A DNA stretch of 64,000 nucleotides from Bacteroidota bacterium (GTDB lineage: Bacteria > Bacteroidota > Ignavibacteria > UBA10030). Below are positions 19,336 through 29,401 of the stretch, piece after piece. The stretch's first letter is position 1, and every line of letters starts with the position of its first letter. The position numbers and the translations under genes are program-made. Below the pieces are notes generated by a model. The model ran no database searches. It saw nothing but the letters and a program-made list of their open reading frames with translations, and was not told where the DNA came from. The stretch lies in NCBI GenBank assembly GCA_050013655.1, contig JBEKEV010000001.1:129838-193837 (forward strand), given 5' to 3'.

Positions 19336-20475
19336 CTATCGAGTACTTTGTCCTACGAATTGCAGAACCCGTTTATCGAGTTGGGGCAGACTACCATCCC
19401 GTAAACATGCTTGCTGGTATTCCAAAATAAAAGAGCGAGCTCCGTTCATAAGTGTTGCCGTAAGTGCCGGCCTGCCAAGATGGGTATCAATCTCATATGC
19501 CATCCGTAGACCGGAAGTAGCTCCGTAATTGCCTTCGAACGAACCGGAAAGATTTGCATCCATTATAAGTTCCTGTGCGCGTGCACGTGTCAGATGTGGC
19601 GACAGCATTTCCCCAAGGACACGGTTGAGCATGTCCACTGCTTTTGATGTTTCGTCAAACCACTTTCGGGAAGGCGTCTCTCCTCCAAGATGCGTTTGCA
19701 GAGAAAGGTAGTACGCGATACCCTCATTCTGTACGATGTCAAGAAGTTGATCGGCAATGTTTCTCGGTCTTAATGAATCAGGGAGGGATTTCTGCAGCAC
19801 GGAGAATGCGGCATGAAAACATTCATGTGCTGTGGTGCTCAGCACTTCAATGAACTGAGCTTGTTCGTTCGGCGGCCCTTCAACCATGCGAGCAAGATTG
19901 ACAACAATAACAGGCTCCCCTTCCTCATCATTGACAAAGGTGGGGGTGTCAAAATTCCATACAACATGGCGCACAAACGCAGTGGCTCGTTCGTTTCCAA
20001 TCACAACAAGATACACCGAAAATCGAGTAGAAATTTTTGCTTGTTCCGGAAAAAATGAGGCGATCGTAGCAACGATACGACGATCAAGCTGTCGTTGTTT
20101 AATAGTGTTGAGAAGTTTTCGAAGCTCAGGTATGTGGTTTTTTGCAGGGAAAAAACCATACACATCACTTTCGAATCTCGTAATATTCCGTGCTAGCTCA
20201 AGCTGGTCACGAAAGTCATCGCGGGATTTTTCTGTACGTGCCAGCATCACGCTCGTTGCTGCCGCAAGTTGATTGCCGCGAAGTTTCGCAACACGATCTG
20301 CATCGCCTATACGGTGATCAAAAAAATCAAGTGTCTGCTCGGCGGCGCTGTAGTCGACTCCCAACGAGAACTCGAAGTTGGGATGTGTTTGTGCACGCAA
20401 AACTTCAGTCGTCAGACTAAAGAATAGCATTATTGCTGCAATTGTGTTTACGATAGTATATGATGCAAAGTTCAT
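19336..20475 (-). CDS. Secreted hypothetical protein with an HExxH motif (putative zinc-dependent peptidase, DUF2268-like)
   Basis: 379 aa with a signal peptide (IVNTIAAIMLFFSLTTEVLRAQ). It has a TAHECFHAAFS (HExxH) motif and a downstream QNEGIAYY motif (a possible third zinc ligand). Confidence 0.45.
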   Translation of the reverse strand: MNFASYTIVNTIAAIMLFFSLTTEVLRAQTHPNFEFSLGVDYSAAEQTLDFFDHRIGDADRVAKLRGNQLAAATSVMLARTEKSRDDFRDQLELARNITRFESDVYGFFPAKNHIPELRKLLNTIKQRQLDRRIVATIASFFPEQAKISTRFSVYLVVIGNERATAFVRHVVWNFDTPTFVNDEEGEPVIVVNLARMVEGPPNEQAQFIEVLSTTAHECFHAAFSVLQKSLPDSLRPRNIADQLLDIVQNEGIAYYLSLQTHLGGETPSRKWFDETSKAVDMLNRVLGEMLSPHLTRARAQELIMDANLSGSFEGNYGATSGLRMAYEIDTHLGRPALTATLMNGARSFILEYQQACLRDGSLPQLDKRVLQFVGQSTR

Positions 20476-20640
20476 ACTATTTCTCTACGCTTATAGAAAA
20501 GGTAAGAGGAAAGTGGAAGGATGTCAAACCGCATTGTTTCTTTTTCTTGCTCCAATACAATTTTTCTTTCTTACAACATTTCCATACATTTCATGCAATG
20601 AGATAATGTTGATTTCGTGAATTAAATTCTTAAAAAATTT

Positions 20641-21531
20641 ATGCCTTATGCCGGTGAGCTGAGCGCTCTTATTACCGCAATAATGTGGACGGGAAGCGCG
20701 CTTGCATTCGCTGCTGCAACTACTCATGTTGGATCAGTCTATGTGAATGTTGTGCGGCTTCTCGCTGCTGTTCTACTCCTCTTTGTTACAATTGTTGTTT
20801 GGAACATTCATGATGACATTTCAATTATCCAGACGGGATATTTAGTCGTGAGCGGTTTGGTCGGGTTCGTTTTCGGCGATACCTTCCTTTTCAAATCATT
20901 TGAATATAACAGCGCACGGATCGGCATGCTTATTATGTCGGTTGCCCCGGCAGTGGCTGCGCTGCTTGCATTTATCTTTCTTAGCGAGACACTCACGTTC
21001 ATGAGTATGGTTGGAATGTCCGTCACGCTTACTGGTATTATGTTGGTTATTCTTGAACGTAAGGAAGCGTCAACGCATCATTTACCTGTATCAATGGCAG
21101 GAGTATTCTACGCTTTTCTCGGTGCGGTGGGTCAGGCAGGCGGATTGGTCCTGGCAAAGTTCGCATTCGTCATAGGGCCAATGAATGGATTTATCGCTAC
21201 GTTCATCAGAGCATTTGCCGCCACCTTGGTGCTCATACCACTGAATTATTTTACAAGACGATTTACACGGCCGGTAGCCATATTTTCGAATAATCCGAAA
21301 GCATTGGTTTTTACGTTGCTTGGTGCTTTTCTTGGTCCCTACCTTGGCGTGACGTTCAGTCTTATTGCAATCTCGATGACCAATGTTGCAATCGCCGCAA
21401 CAATTATGTCGATTGTTCCCATCCTCATGCTGCCAACCGTGTGGATTCTCTTTCGTGAACGACTATCGTGGCGGGCTATTGTTGGAGCATGTGTGGCGGT
21501 GGCAGGAGTTGGAATCTTATTCCTTCGGTGA
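20641..21531 (+). CDS. DMT superfamily (EamA-like) transporter
   Basis: 296 aa with about 10 TM helices arranged as two EamA-type repeats. Confidence 0.75.
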   Translation: MPYAGELSALITAIMWTGSALAFAAATTHVGSVYVNVVRLLAAVLLLFVTIVVWNIHDDISIIQTGYLVVSGLVGFVFGDTFLFKSFEYNSARIGMLIMSVAPAVAALLAFIFLSETLTFMSMVGMSVTLTGIMLVILERKEASTHHLPVSMAGVFYAFLGAVGQAGGLVLAKFAFVIGPMNGFIATFIRAFAATLVLIPLNYFTRRFTRPVAIFSNNPKALVFTLLGAFLGPYLGVTFSLIAISMTNVAIAATIMSIVPILMLPTVWILFRERLSWRAIVGACVAVAGVGILFLR

Positions 21532-21546
21532 ATCTGTCGGAAGAGA

Positions 21547-24355
21547 TCAAGATGAAGTATCTTCCTGTTGTTTTTTCATTTTTGCAAAATACCCGCCATA
21601 GAGTTTCTCTGCACACTCCGGACACACACCATGACTGAATGTCGCTTCTGAGTGTTCATTGATGTACTCTTCCAATTGACTCCAATATCCTTTATCGTTT
21701 CGTATTTTCTTGCAACTTGCACAAATTGGAATAAGACCACCGAGTATTTTGATTTTGGCTAATGACTCATTGACACGCTTTTCGAGTTCTTTTTCATTTT
21801 CTAAAAGCTGCCACACACGCCACCGGTATAAACCGAACACGATTCCTACAACAATAACCAGTATAAAGCCATAGAACCACCAGGTCTTCCAAAGGGGTGG
21901 TGTAATAATTATTTGGATTGAGGCCCCAGTTTCATTCCAAATCCCATCATTATTCGAACCCTTTACACGAAATATATATTCTCCGGGATCTAAATTTGTA
22001 TACGTTGCTTCTCTTTTATTACCCGAATAAATCCAGTCTTTATCAAAACCCTCCATTTTATATGCATATCTGTTTTTTTTCAGGATCTGTAAAATCCAAC
22101 GCGGTGAATTCGAATGAAAAAAAGTTTTCTTTGTAAGAAAGTGTTAATATTTTAGATTCTGTGATCGATTCGTCCAGGACAATATTTCCATTTATTTTTT
22201 GTCCAACAGCTACCAAACTGTTATAAATCTTAAAATCTGTTAATACTACCTGAGGGGGAGTATTATTGGTTGTTAAACTTCTGGGATTGAAAGCAATAAG
22301 ACCATTCGACCCACCAAAAAACAACCTGCCATCTTTCGATTTACAGATAGCATTTGAGAAAGAATAATTTGGTAAATCATTATTCATGTCGTAGTTATGA
22401 AAGTACTTTATTTTTGGATCAAACTTTGAAATTCCTTTTTCTGTGCTTGCCCAAATATTATTATCATTATCCTCTAATATTTTTCTAATAGTATTGTCTG
22501 GCAATCCGTCTTTTTCAGTAAAATGAGCGAACTCATTTGTTTTTGTATTCAGCTTATTCATCCCTCCGCTATTAGCGCCAAACCACATATTACCTTCATG
22601 ATCTTCATATATACATGATATGTTATTTGTACTAATGCTGTTCATTAGAGTGTTATGTCTATAATGATTGAAATGAAGTTTCGGTGAAGATATTTTGAAA
22701 TCATACTTGTTTAATTCTACCATTTCCAGACCAGCAGAAGTGGCAATCCACAAACAATGACGGCTATCTTCAAATAAATCGGTCGTATACATCTCAACAA
22801 AATTATTAGGATCGTTTGGCTCGTTTTTGTAATAATAAAACCTGTTTGTTTTCCTATCAAATAAATTCAACGTTCCTTCCAGTGTTCCAATCCAGAGATT
22901 ATGTTTGCTGTCTTCCAATAAAGCCCATACATTATTGTGACTAAGTGAGTAATGGTCGCCTGGGATATTGGTGTATCGTATAAATTTATCTTCTTTTCTT
23001 TTATAACAATTGAGTCCTTTTGTATAGGTTCCGATCCAGATATTACCTTCAAAGTCTTCTGCGAGGCTTACAACAACATTGCCGCTAATAGAGTTTGGGT
23101 TAGAAGGATCGTTAAGGAAATGTCTGAAATTCTTAGTTTTATTATTCCAAAAGTTTAATCCGCCGCCATCAGTCCCAATCCAAAAATTCCCATCTTTGTC
23201 TTCTAGAATGGATGTCACCGATTTATAACTCAGACTATTTTTATCAAAAGGCACAGGCTTGTAGAGTCTGAAATTCGTATTAGTCGCTTCAAACTTGTTC
23301 AGGCCCATATTAAAAGTACAGATCCAGATAATACCCGATCTATCTTCAAAAGTAAAATTGATTGCATTGCTGCTGAGCGAATTCGGATTTGTTGTTTCGT
23401 TTTTACAATAATCAAATAAACCGGTTTTTTTATCATAGAATGAAATTCCGCCTCCATCGGTACTAATCCATAAAATTCCGTCTTTTGCCTGGCGGACGTG
23501 TGTTACCATATTAGCGGATAAAGAATTTTTACCTAGTTTATATAAATATTGTTTAAAGACATTGTGTTCTTTATCCCATGAAATCAAACCTGCACCTAAA
23601 GAACCGAACCAATATAAACCGGCGGAGTCTTCTAATTGCAATGTTAAAATATTGGTCTGTTTTTCTATACCTGGAATATTTATCTGATAATGGTTAAAGT
23701 CGTCGGTTTGTGGATTATATCTGTCAATAATTTTATTATTGGCATTTATCCAGACATTGGATTTTCTATCTTCAAAAATGCAAGAGATAGAATTTGTACT
23801 AACGCTATTTGGATTACTATTATCGTGTTTATATTGCTTGAATTGGGGTTTTGTTTTACTGAAATCGGTTGAATCATTGACAGGTAAAGTCCAAACGCCT
23901 TCGTTATTAGTTCCTATCCATAAGATTCCTTTTGAATCCACCAATAATCTTGTAAAACTAATACCTGTTGATGTGTCATTAGGGCAAATACGTACGAACC
24001 TGTCTTTATTCTTATCATACATACTGAGCCCGTTGTGACAAATAATCCAAATCCTGCCATTATTATCTTCAGCTAACCTGATTATTCCATCTGAAAAAAG
24101 TGTCATGGAATCGTTTTCAACAGATTTATATACTTTAAATTTATAACCATCGTATCGGTTTAGCCCATTCCAGGTTCCAATCCATAAGAATCCTTGCTTA
24201 TCCTGTAAAATTACATTGATAAAGACATTTGAAAGGCCTTGGCTTTTTGAAAATTCTTTAAATACCATATTTCTGTTTTGCGCTAGAGTATTATTCCAAG
24301 CGACGATAAGAGTAATGAAAATGATAAAACCTTTTATGATCTGAAAAGATTTCAT
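21547..24355 (-). pseudogene. Two-component regulator propeller / Y_Y_Y domain sensor-like protein, split by a frameshift in a T8 (coding-strand A8) tract into ORFs 22058..24355 and 21547..22056
   Basis: The upstream ORF ends ...DFTDPEKKQICI*. In the -1 frame the same DNA reads PEKNRYAYKMEGFDKDW, restoring the Y_Y_Y motif and joining continuously to the downstream ORF (MEGFDKDW...). The full-length paralog 24626..27253 reads straight through the equivalent region. Both share the same C-terminal Cys/His domain. Confidence 0.6.
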
Positions 24356-24625
24356 AATCTTCCTTTCACAGGATTGCTCAGAGCCTCATTCAAAATGGCA
24401 ATGACTAAGTGGCATTTATTTTGTCGCTCTTGCGCAAGAGATCCGAAATGTACAAATAGACTGGTGAGGAGAAACAATATCAATCTTGAGGCTGTCAAAT
24501 TTTTAATTTTCATTAATATCTATCTAAGACCATACTCCATGAAGTATAAAAGGGTTTTACTTGTCAATCAAACCACATTTAAACGAACAATGATTGTGAG
24601 AATGTCATTCAATATAGATTTATTT

Positions 24626-27253
24626 TTAGTCCTTTGGTAAGTCTGTAGGAAGAAATTGAGATAAAATACCCCCTAACTTTTCATTGTTTTTTGAAAGAAA
24701 TTCTTCGCGTAATTTTTCTGCACATTCTGGACAAAGACCATGGCTAAATGTTGCTTCGGAATTCTCTTTAATGTAACGTTCCAACCCTTTCCAATAGCCT
24801 TGATCATCCCGCACTTTTCTACACTTGAAACAAATCGGAATAAGCCCGTTGAGTACTTTTATTTTCGTTATGGCTTCTGCAACGTATACTTTAAGCATTT
24901 TTTCTTTTGCTACGAGTCGCAATACACGAAGATGATGCAAGCCAATGCCCGCTCCACACATAAGAATGACCGCAATACCATAGAACCAAGAAGTTTGATA
25001 GAAATGCGGTTCCAGCTCGAACGCAAAACTAGCTCCAGTCTCATTCCAAACTCCATCGCTATTGCAAGCGGTAACGCGGAAAGTGTATTTTCCTGGACGT
25101 AAATTTGTATAGAAAGCGCTGCGTCTTGTTCCCACACTTCTCCATTCTTTTTCAAATCCTTCTAACATATAACGGAAATTTACTTTATGCGGTGCTATAA
25201 AACTCATTCCTCCATAATGGAATTCCGCTTGTCCATTGCCAGGAGAAAAATGTCCGTAATTGTAAGGCGAATAATCTACTCTATCAACGACAACTCTTTC
25301 AATAACAACCGGTGGCGGGAGATTATTTTTCTGTAATTTTTTTGGATCGACAACAACGATACCCTTTGGAGTCGGGAACCAAAGACGTCCGTTAGAAGTT
25401 TTGCATCCGGATGGACCCGTACACTCGCTCACAAGCATACCGTCAGAAGAACTATAGGAAGTGCACTGAATGCGGTTAATCCTTCCGCTCGCGAAATCGT
25501 CAAGCATCTTTTTACTGACGCAACTTATCCCTTTCATGCTCCCCAGCCATAAATTGCCGTAGTTGTCTTCAAGAATTTTCATTACAACATCATTGAACAA
25601 GCCCTGTGCCATTGTATAACAAGTAAATTTTCCATTTTTCAGCCCTACAAGTCCGCCGCCGTAACTCCCCATCCAAATTGTGTGTTCGCTGTCTTCAATC
25701 ATATCGAAGATAGGATCAGAAGGCAGTCCATCTTTGTTTGTGTACATTGTTACTGAGCCGTTTTGCCACCGTAGAAGCCCTTCGTTACTTCCAATCCAGA
25801 GGACACCTGTGTGATCGACAAGGATGGAACGAATTAAATTGACCAGCATTCCTTTCTTTTGGTAATTAACAAAATGTCCATTTTCAAATCGATTCATACC
25901 GTTATTATAAGTTCCCGCCCAGATATATCCTTCATGGTCTTCTCCCATGACACGGATAAAATTTTGCGATAACCCATCTTTTATAGTATAGACATGAAAT
26001 TTACCATTACGGTACTGCGCAAGTCCTTCGCGCAAGCCAATCCAAAAGTTGCCATGCGAATCTTCAAAGAGAGAGCGGATATAATCGCTGGGAAGTTTAT
26101 TCTTTTTAAATGTCACAAATTTTTTCCCGTCAAAATGCAACACGCCGCCGCCCTCCGTTCCAACCCAAACGGTGCCATCATGGGCTGTCAGCATTGCGCG
26201 AACAGTGCGGACAGGCACTCCATCACGAGTTGTATAGTTTAGAAATTTACCTTTCCAAAATTGATTTAAACCTGCATTAAATGTACCGACCCATAGACTT
26301 CCTTCGCGGTCTTCCAATATAGTTGTGACATAATCACTTGAAAGGCCATCCATGGTACGATATGAGGTGAATATATTATTCTTCAATCGACATATTCCAC
26401 CCCGCTCGGTTCCTATCCACAATGCACCCGATCTATCTTCACAGAGAGAAGTAATAATATTATCGGAAAGACCATTTATAGTTGTATATGTACGAAATGA
26501 ACTACTCTTCCATCTAACAAGTCCGTTCTCTGTACCTATCCATACTGTGTTGTTAGATGCAACACAAAAACTCCGAACTGAATTACTTGGAAAACCATTT
26601 CTCGTATTATAAAACGACCATGTGCCATGCCGATAAACGTTGAGACCCTTCCCGCTAATTGCTACCCAAAGATTTCCTTGATTATCGACCGTAAGAATAT
26701 TCAATGAGTTGTTGCTAAGACCTTGCGCTGTTGTAATGGAATCAAATTTTCCGTCCTTATACTTATAGATTCCATTATTCATCGTACCTATCCAAAGGTT
26801 TCCTGCACGATCAGCGGTTAATCCTCGGACAGGGCCTGTATGTATTGGGTGATAAGTAAAAACGCCCTTCTTGAATTGTGTCAGTCCATTGAATGTTCCA
26901 ATCCATAAACTGTTATCTTCAGTCTCAAAGAGTGATGTGATATCGTTGTGTTTTAATGCCGGTGTGTTCTCTTTATCGTACACTTGGAAAGCCGTGCCAT
27001 TAAATCTGGCAAGGCCATCTTGTGTGCCGATCCAAAGAAATCCATCGCGTGTTTGAACAATTACCCTGCTTCTATTTTGCGGTAACCCGTCGTCGCTTGT
27101 GTATATTTTGTGGATGTATTGTAGAAGCGGACTTGCATGAGGTTCTTGTGCGTGAATTCTAGAAAATACAAACAAACCGGTGAAGATAAACAACATCAAC
27201 CGACGCAATATTATACTCTTTGCATGCATCAGAATAACCCTATTACTTGTCAT
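24626..27253 (-). CDS. Two-component regulator propeller / Y_Y_Y domain protein with a TM helix and a C-terminal CxxC...HxxCxxC domain in place of a kinase or AraC output domain
   Basis: 875 aa. There is a signal peptide and many Reg_prop-type repeats (WIGTxxGLxxF). The Y_Y_Y region (VNFRYMLEGFEKEW) is followed by a TM helix (WFYGIAVILMCGAGIGL). The C-terminus reads GLIPICFKCRKVRDDQGYWKGLERYIKENSEATFSHGLCPECAEKL. Confidence 0.75.
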   Translation of the reverse strand: MTSNRVILMHAKSIILRRLMLFIFTGLFVFSRIHAQEPHASPLLQYIHKIYTSDDGLPQNRSRVIVQTRDGFLWIGTQDGLARFNGTAFQVYDKENTPALKHNDITSLFETEDNSLWIGTFNGLTQFKKGVFTYHPIHTGPVRGLTADRAGNLWIGTMNNGIYKYKDGKFDSITTAQGLSNNSLNILTVDNQGNLWVAISGKGLNVYRHGTWSFYNTRNGFPSNSVRSFCVASNNTVWIGTENGLVRWKSSSFRTYTTINGLSDNIITSLCEDRSGALWIGTERGGICRLKNNIFTSYRTMDGLSSDYVTTILEDREGSLWVGTFNAGLNQFWKGKFLNYTTRDGVPVRTVRAMLTAHDGTVWVGTEGGGVLHFDGKKFVTFKKNKLPSDYIRSLFEDSHGNFWIGLREGLAQYRNGKFHVYTIKDGLSQNFIRVMGEDHEGYIWAGTYNNGMNRFENGHFVNYQKKGMLVNLIRSILVDHTGVLWIGSNEGLLRWQNGSVTMYTNKDGLPSDPIFDMIEDSEHTIWMGSYGGGLVGLKNGKFTCYTMAQGLFNDVVMKILEDNYGNLWLGSMKGISCVSKKMLDDFASGRINRIQCTSYSSSDGMLVSECTGPSGCKTSNGRLWFPTPKGIVVVDPKKLQKNNLPPPVVIERVVVDRVDYSPYNYGHFSPGNGQAEFHYGGMSFIAPHKVNFRYMLEGFEKEWRSVGTRRSAFYTNLRPGKYTFRVTACNSDGVWNETGASFAFELEPHFYQTSWFYGIAVILMCGAGIGLHHLRVLRLVAKEKMLKVYVAEAITKIKVLNGLIPICFKCRKVRDDQGYWKGLERYIKENSEATFSHGLCPECAEKLREEFLSKNNEKLGGILSQFLPTDLPKD

Positions 27254-27704
27254 TATAGTGAAACATAATGCTATTTAAATCAAAATGTCAAAGATTTTTT
27301 TCGCAAAACATATCCTTGGGCCAAAGGTTCATTCAGTTCGTCACCATTTTATTCTCTACAAAAAGACATTGATACCTACCCTATCACATCAACAATAGAA
27401 GAACTTGCCGTACTAAATCTTTTATATACATATATGTGACAATATAATATGGTACTTGCATATCAATCAATAATATAGGATGCAAACGGAATGCCAAACA
27501 CTATCAAAGCAAAATTGATTATTGTAAGGAGTGTATAGTTGTGCCTGAGGATAGCGATAGAATCAGCGATAACGACCAACAAACGCAAACATTGGTTATA
27601 TTGTATTACTCAGGCAATAACTTTTCGATATGAATTCCGAATGTGACAGTACGATGCAAATGTAGGAAAGCAAATAGTTCTTTCTTCTCCGTTTTTATTC
27701 TGCT

Positions 27705-29252
27705 TTAGTCTGTCATCTGAAATTCTTTATCCGGCGGGCGAATATCATCATGCATACTGCGCAGTGCATGGTATGCGGTCTCGCTTCCCCGTTCCATGCA
27801 CTTGTGAAACTCTCGGTAAGCCTCTCCTATGTTGAGCGGCACACAGATTCCATGCTCGGCACAATAGGCAAGCGTCAAGCTTGAAAGCAACGACCCCTGT
27901 TTTGCCATGGTGTGAAGGAATGCCAGCGCGGTGTCGGCATCCTGTGTGTGTAACTGACCTATCACATTCGCAGTCGCAAGACGGACCTGCGCCTCCCGGC
28001 TTCCTAAAGCCGCGGCCCGTGTCCATAGTTCTGCTGCTTTTGTGCGATCCTGCTGCGTCCATCGTCCGACGAAATAGCATGAACCCAATTCCACCATCGA
28101 TGGAACGTGTTCCATCACAGCGGCGCTCAAAAGCAATTCAAACGCTTGCTTCTCATTCAACATTTTGCTGAAACCCAACGATGTTAATCCCGACCACACA
28201 TACAGCGCGTCCGGATTTCTCTTCGATGATTGAAATTCAAGCTCCCGCTCGAACTCTTGCGAATTCGTCAGCTTCCAGAGCAATGCCGGCGCACGAAAGG
28301 AATCCAGATGAAGTGCGCGGAGGTAATACACTGCGGCAAGGAGAGGATCTCTCCGGACATTCAATCCATGTTCGTAGCATCGGCCGAGCAAGCACAGGGC
28401 TTCAGGATTACCTGCTTCCGCCGACGCGAGGAAGAATGAGTGTGCACTCGAATCTATTGCCGGTGCTTGTTCGCCCGCAACCGGTTGTTTCACCGCCGGT
28501 ACATCGACGGCTTTGTACGCTTCGCGAATCAATGTTGTGTCCGCAACACTGGTTGCCGTGTCCGTGTGAAAATCGATGAACAGAAGCGCGACACCCGTAT
28601 CTGCTGCAGTGCGGTGTGCGGTAGTGCTTTTTTCATCAGGCGCAGTGGTTGTTTCTACCGTATCGAATCCACGGCGCTGCATTTCTTTCATCGTTTGTTT
28701 TGCATCTTCAAATCCGAGTTCCGCCGCCTTCTTGAAATAGCGATAGGATCTTGGCCAATTGCGCGGAACGACAAAATCCTCCGTGTATTGCAAACCGAGG
28801 ACGTACACTGCCTGCGGAACTTCCTGTGTTGCAGCTGCGCGAAAATACTTGAACGCCTTGAATGGATTCCATTCAACGCCGTCGCCATTGATTGACAGCA
28901 GTCCGAGATTGAATTCTGCCAGCGGAAGCTGTTGATCGGCTGCCCGTTGAATCCAGTACACAGCCTTCGGAGTATCGACAGGAAATCCTCTCCCCAGCAA
29001 ATAGCGCAATCCTAGCTCATGCTGCGCAGGAGCTTCTCCGGCGTTCGCTTTTTGCATAAGGACGAATTCCTCGAGAAGCTGATACTCCAGCGTTGAGGGA
29101 AGAACGAATGGAAGAGCAGACCCCGTCTCTGCACTTTTGAACGCCTGCGGTTTTTTCTGTTGCTGGCACAGCAGCAGGCTGGGCGCAAGCAGGAGGAATG
29201 CGCATGCGGCGCACGCAATGGTATGGATTCGTCTTTGAATTTCTAACCTCAT
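27705..29252 (-). CDS. Sel1/TPR-like repeat protein, secreted
   Basis: Sel1-type repeats are present (AQHELGLRYLLGRGFPVDTPKAVYWIQRAADQQLPLAEFNLGLL). The start is placed at the internal Met MRLEIQRRIHTIACAACAFLLLAPSLLLCQQ (signal peptide). The track start at 29300 is also possible. Confidence 0.55.
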   Translation of the reverse strand: MRLEIQRRIHTIACAACAFLLLAPSLLLCQQQKKPQAFKSAETGSALPFVLPSTLEYQLLEEFVLMQKANAGEAPAQHELGLRYLLGRGFPVDTPKAVYWIQRAADQQLPLAEFNLGLLSINGDGVEWNPFKAFKYFRAAATQEVPQAVYVLGLQYTEDFVVPRNWPRSYRYFKKAAELGFEDAKQTMKEMQRRGFDTVETTTAPDEKSTTAHRTAADTGVALLFIDFHTDTATSVADTTLIREAYKAVDVPAVKQPVAGEQAPAIDSSAHSFFLASAEAGNPEALCLLGRCYEHGLNVRRDPLLAAVYYLRALHLDSFRAPALLWKLTNSQEFERELEFQSSKRNPDALYVWSGLTSLGFSKMLNEKQAFELLLSAAVMEHVPSMVELGSCYFVGRWTQQDRTKAAELWTRAAALGSREAQVRLATANVIGQLHTQDADTALAFLHTMAKQGSLLSSLTLAYCAEHGICVPLNIGEAYREFHKCMERGSETAYHALRSMHDDIRPPDKEFQMTD

Positions 29253-29401
29253 TTTAGTAACCGTGTGTACAATTTCGTATATTATCAACGCAATTGCCAT
29301 ATCCGAGGACGAATGGTCATAATTAGACGGGCAGAGAAATACTTCGTTCCTCTCGTCTCGTGAGTGGAGAGATTTATTATCCCCCTTTTGAAGGAATATC
29401 T

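Noticed and set aside
24374-24640. 88-aa plus-strand ORF in the intergenic region between the two regulator-propeller genes
   Set aside because: It has no ribosome-binding site, is AT-rich promoter-like DNA, and its product (MLRASFKMAMTKWHLFCRSCARD...) has no domain features. It is most likely the promoter region of the downstream gene.
27748-28895. Plus-strand and alternative-frame ORFs within the Sel1-repeat gene (for example 28181..28579, 28440..28895, 27748..28080)
   Set aside because: They are shadow ORFs in GC-richer coding DNA of the minus-strand Sel1 gene, with Arg/Cys-rich composition typical of out-of-frame translation.
29360-29401. N-terminal extension of the ettA ORF (MSGEIYYPPFEGIS)
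   Set aside because: EttA homologs start at the equivalent of MSDNKIIFSM. The extension has no counterpart in the family.
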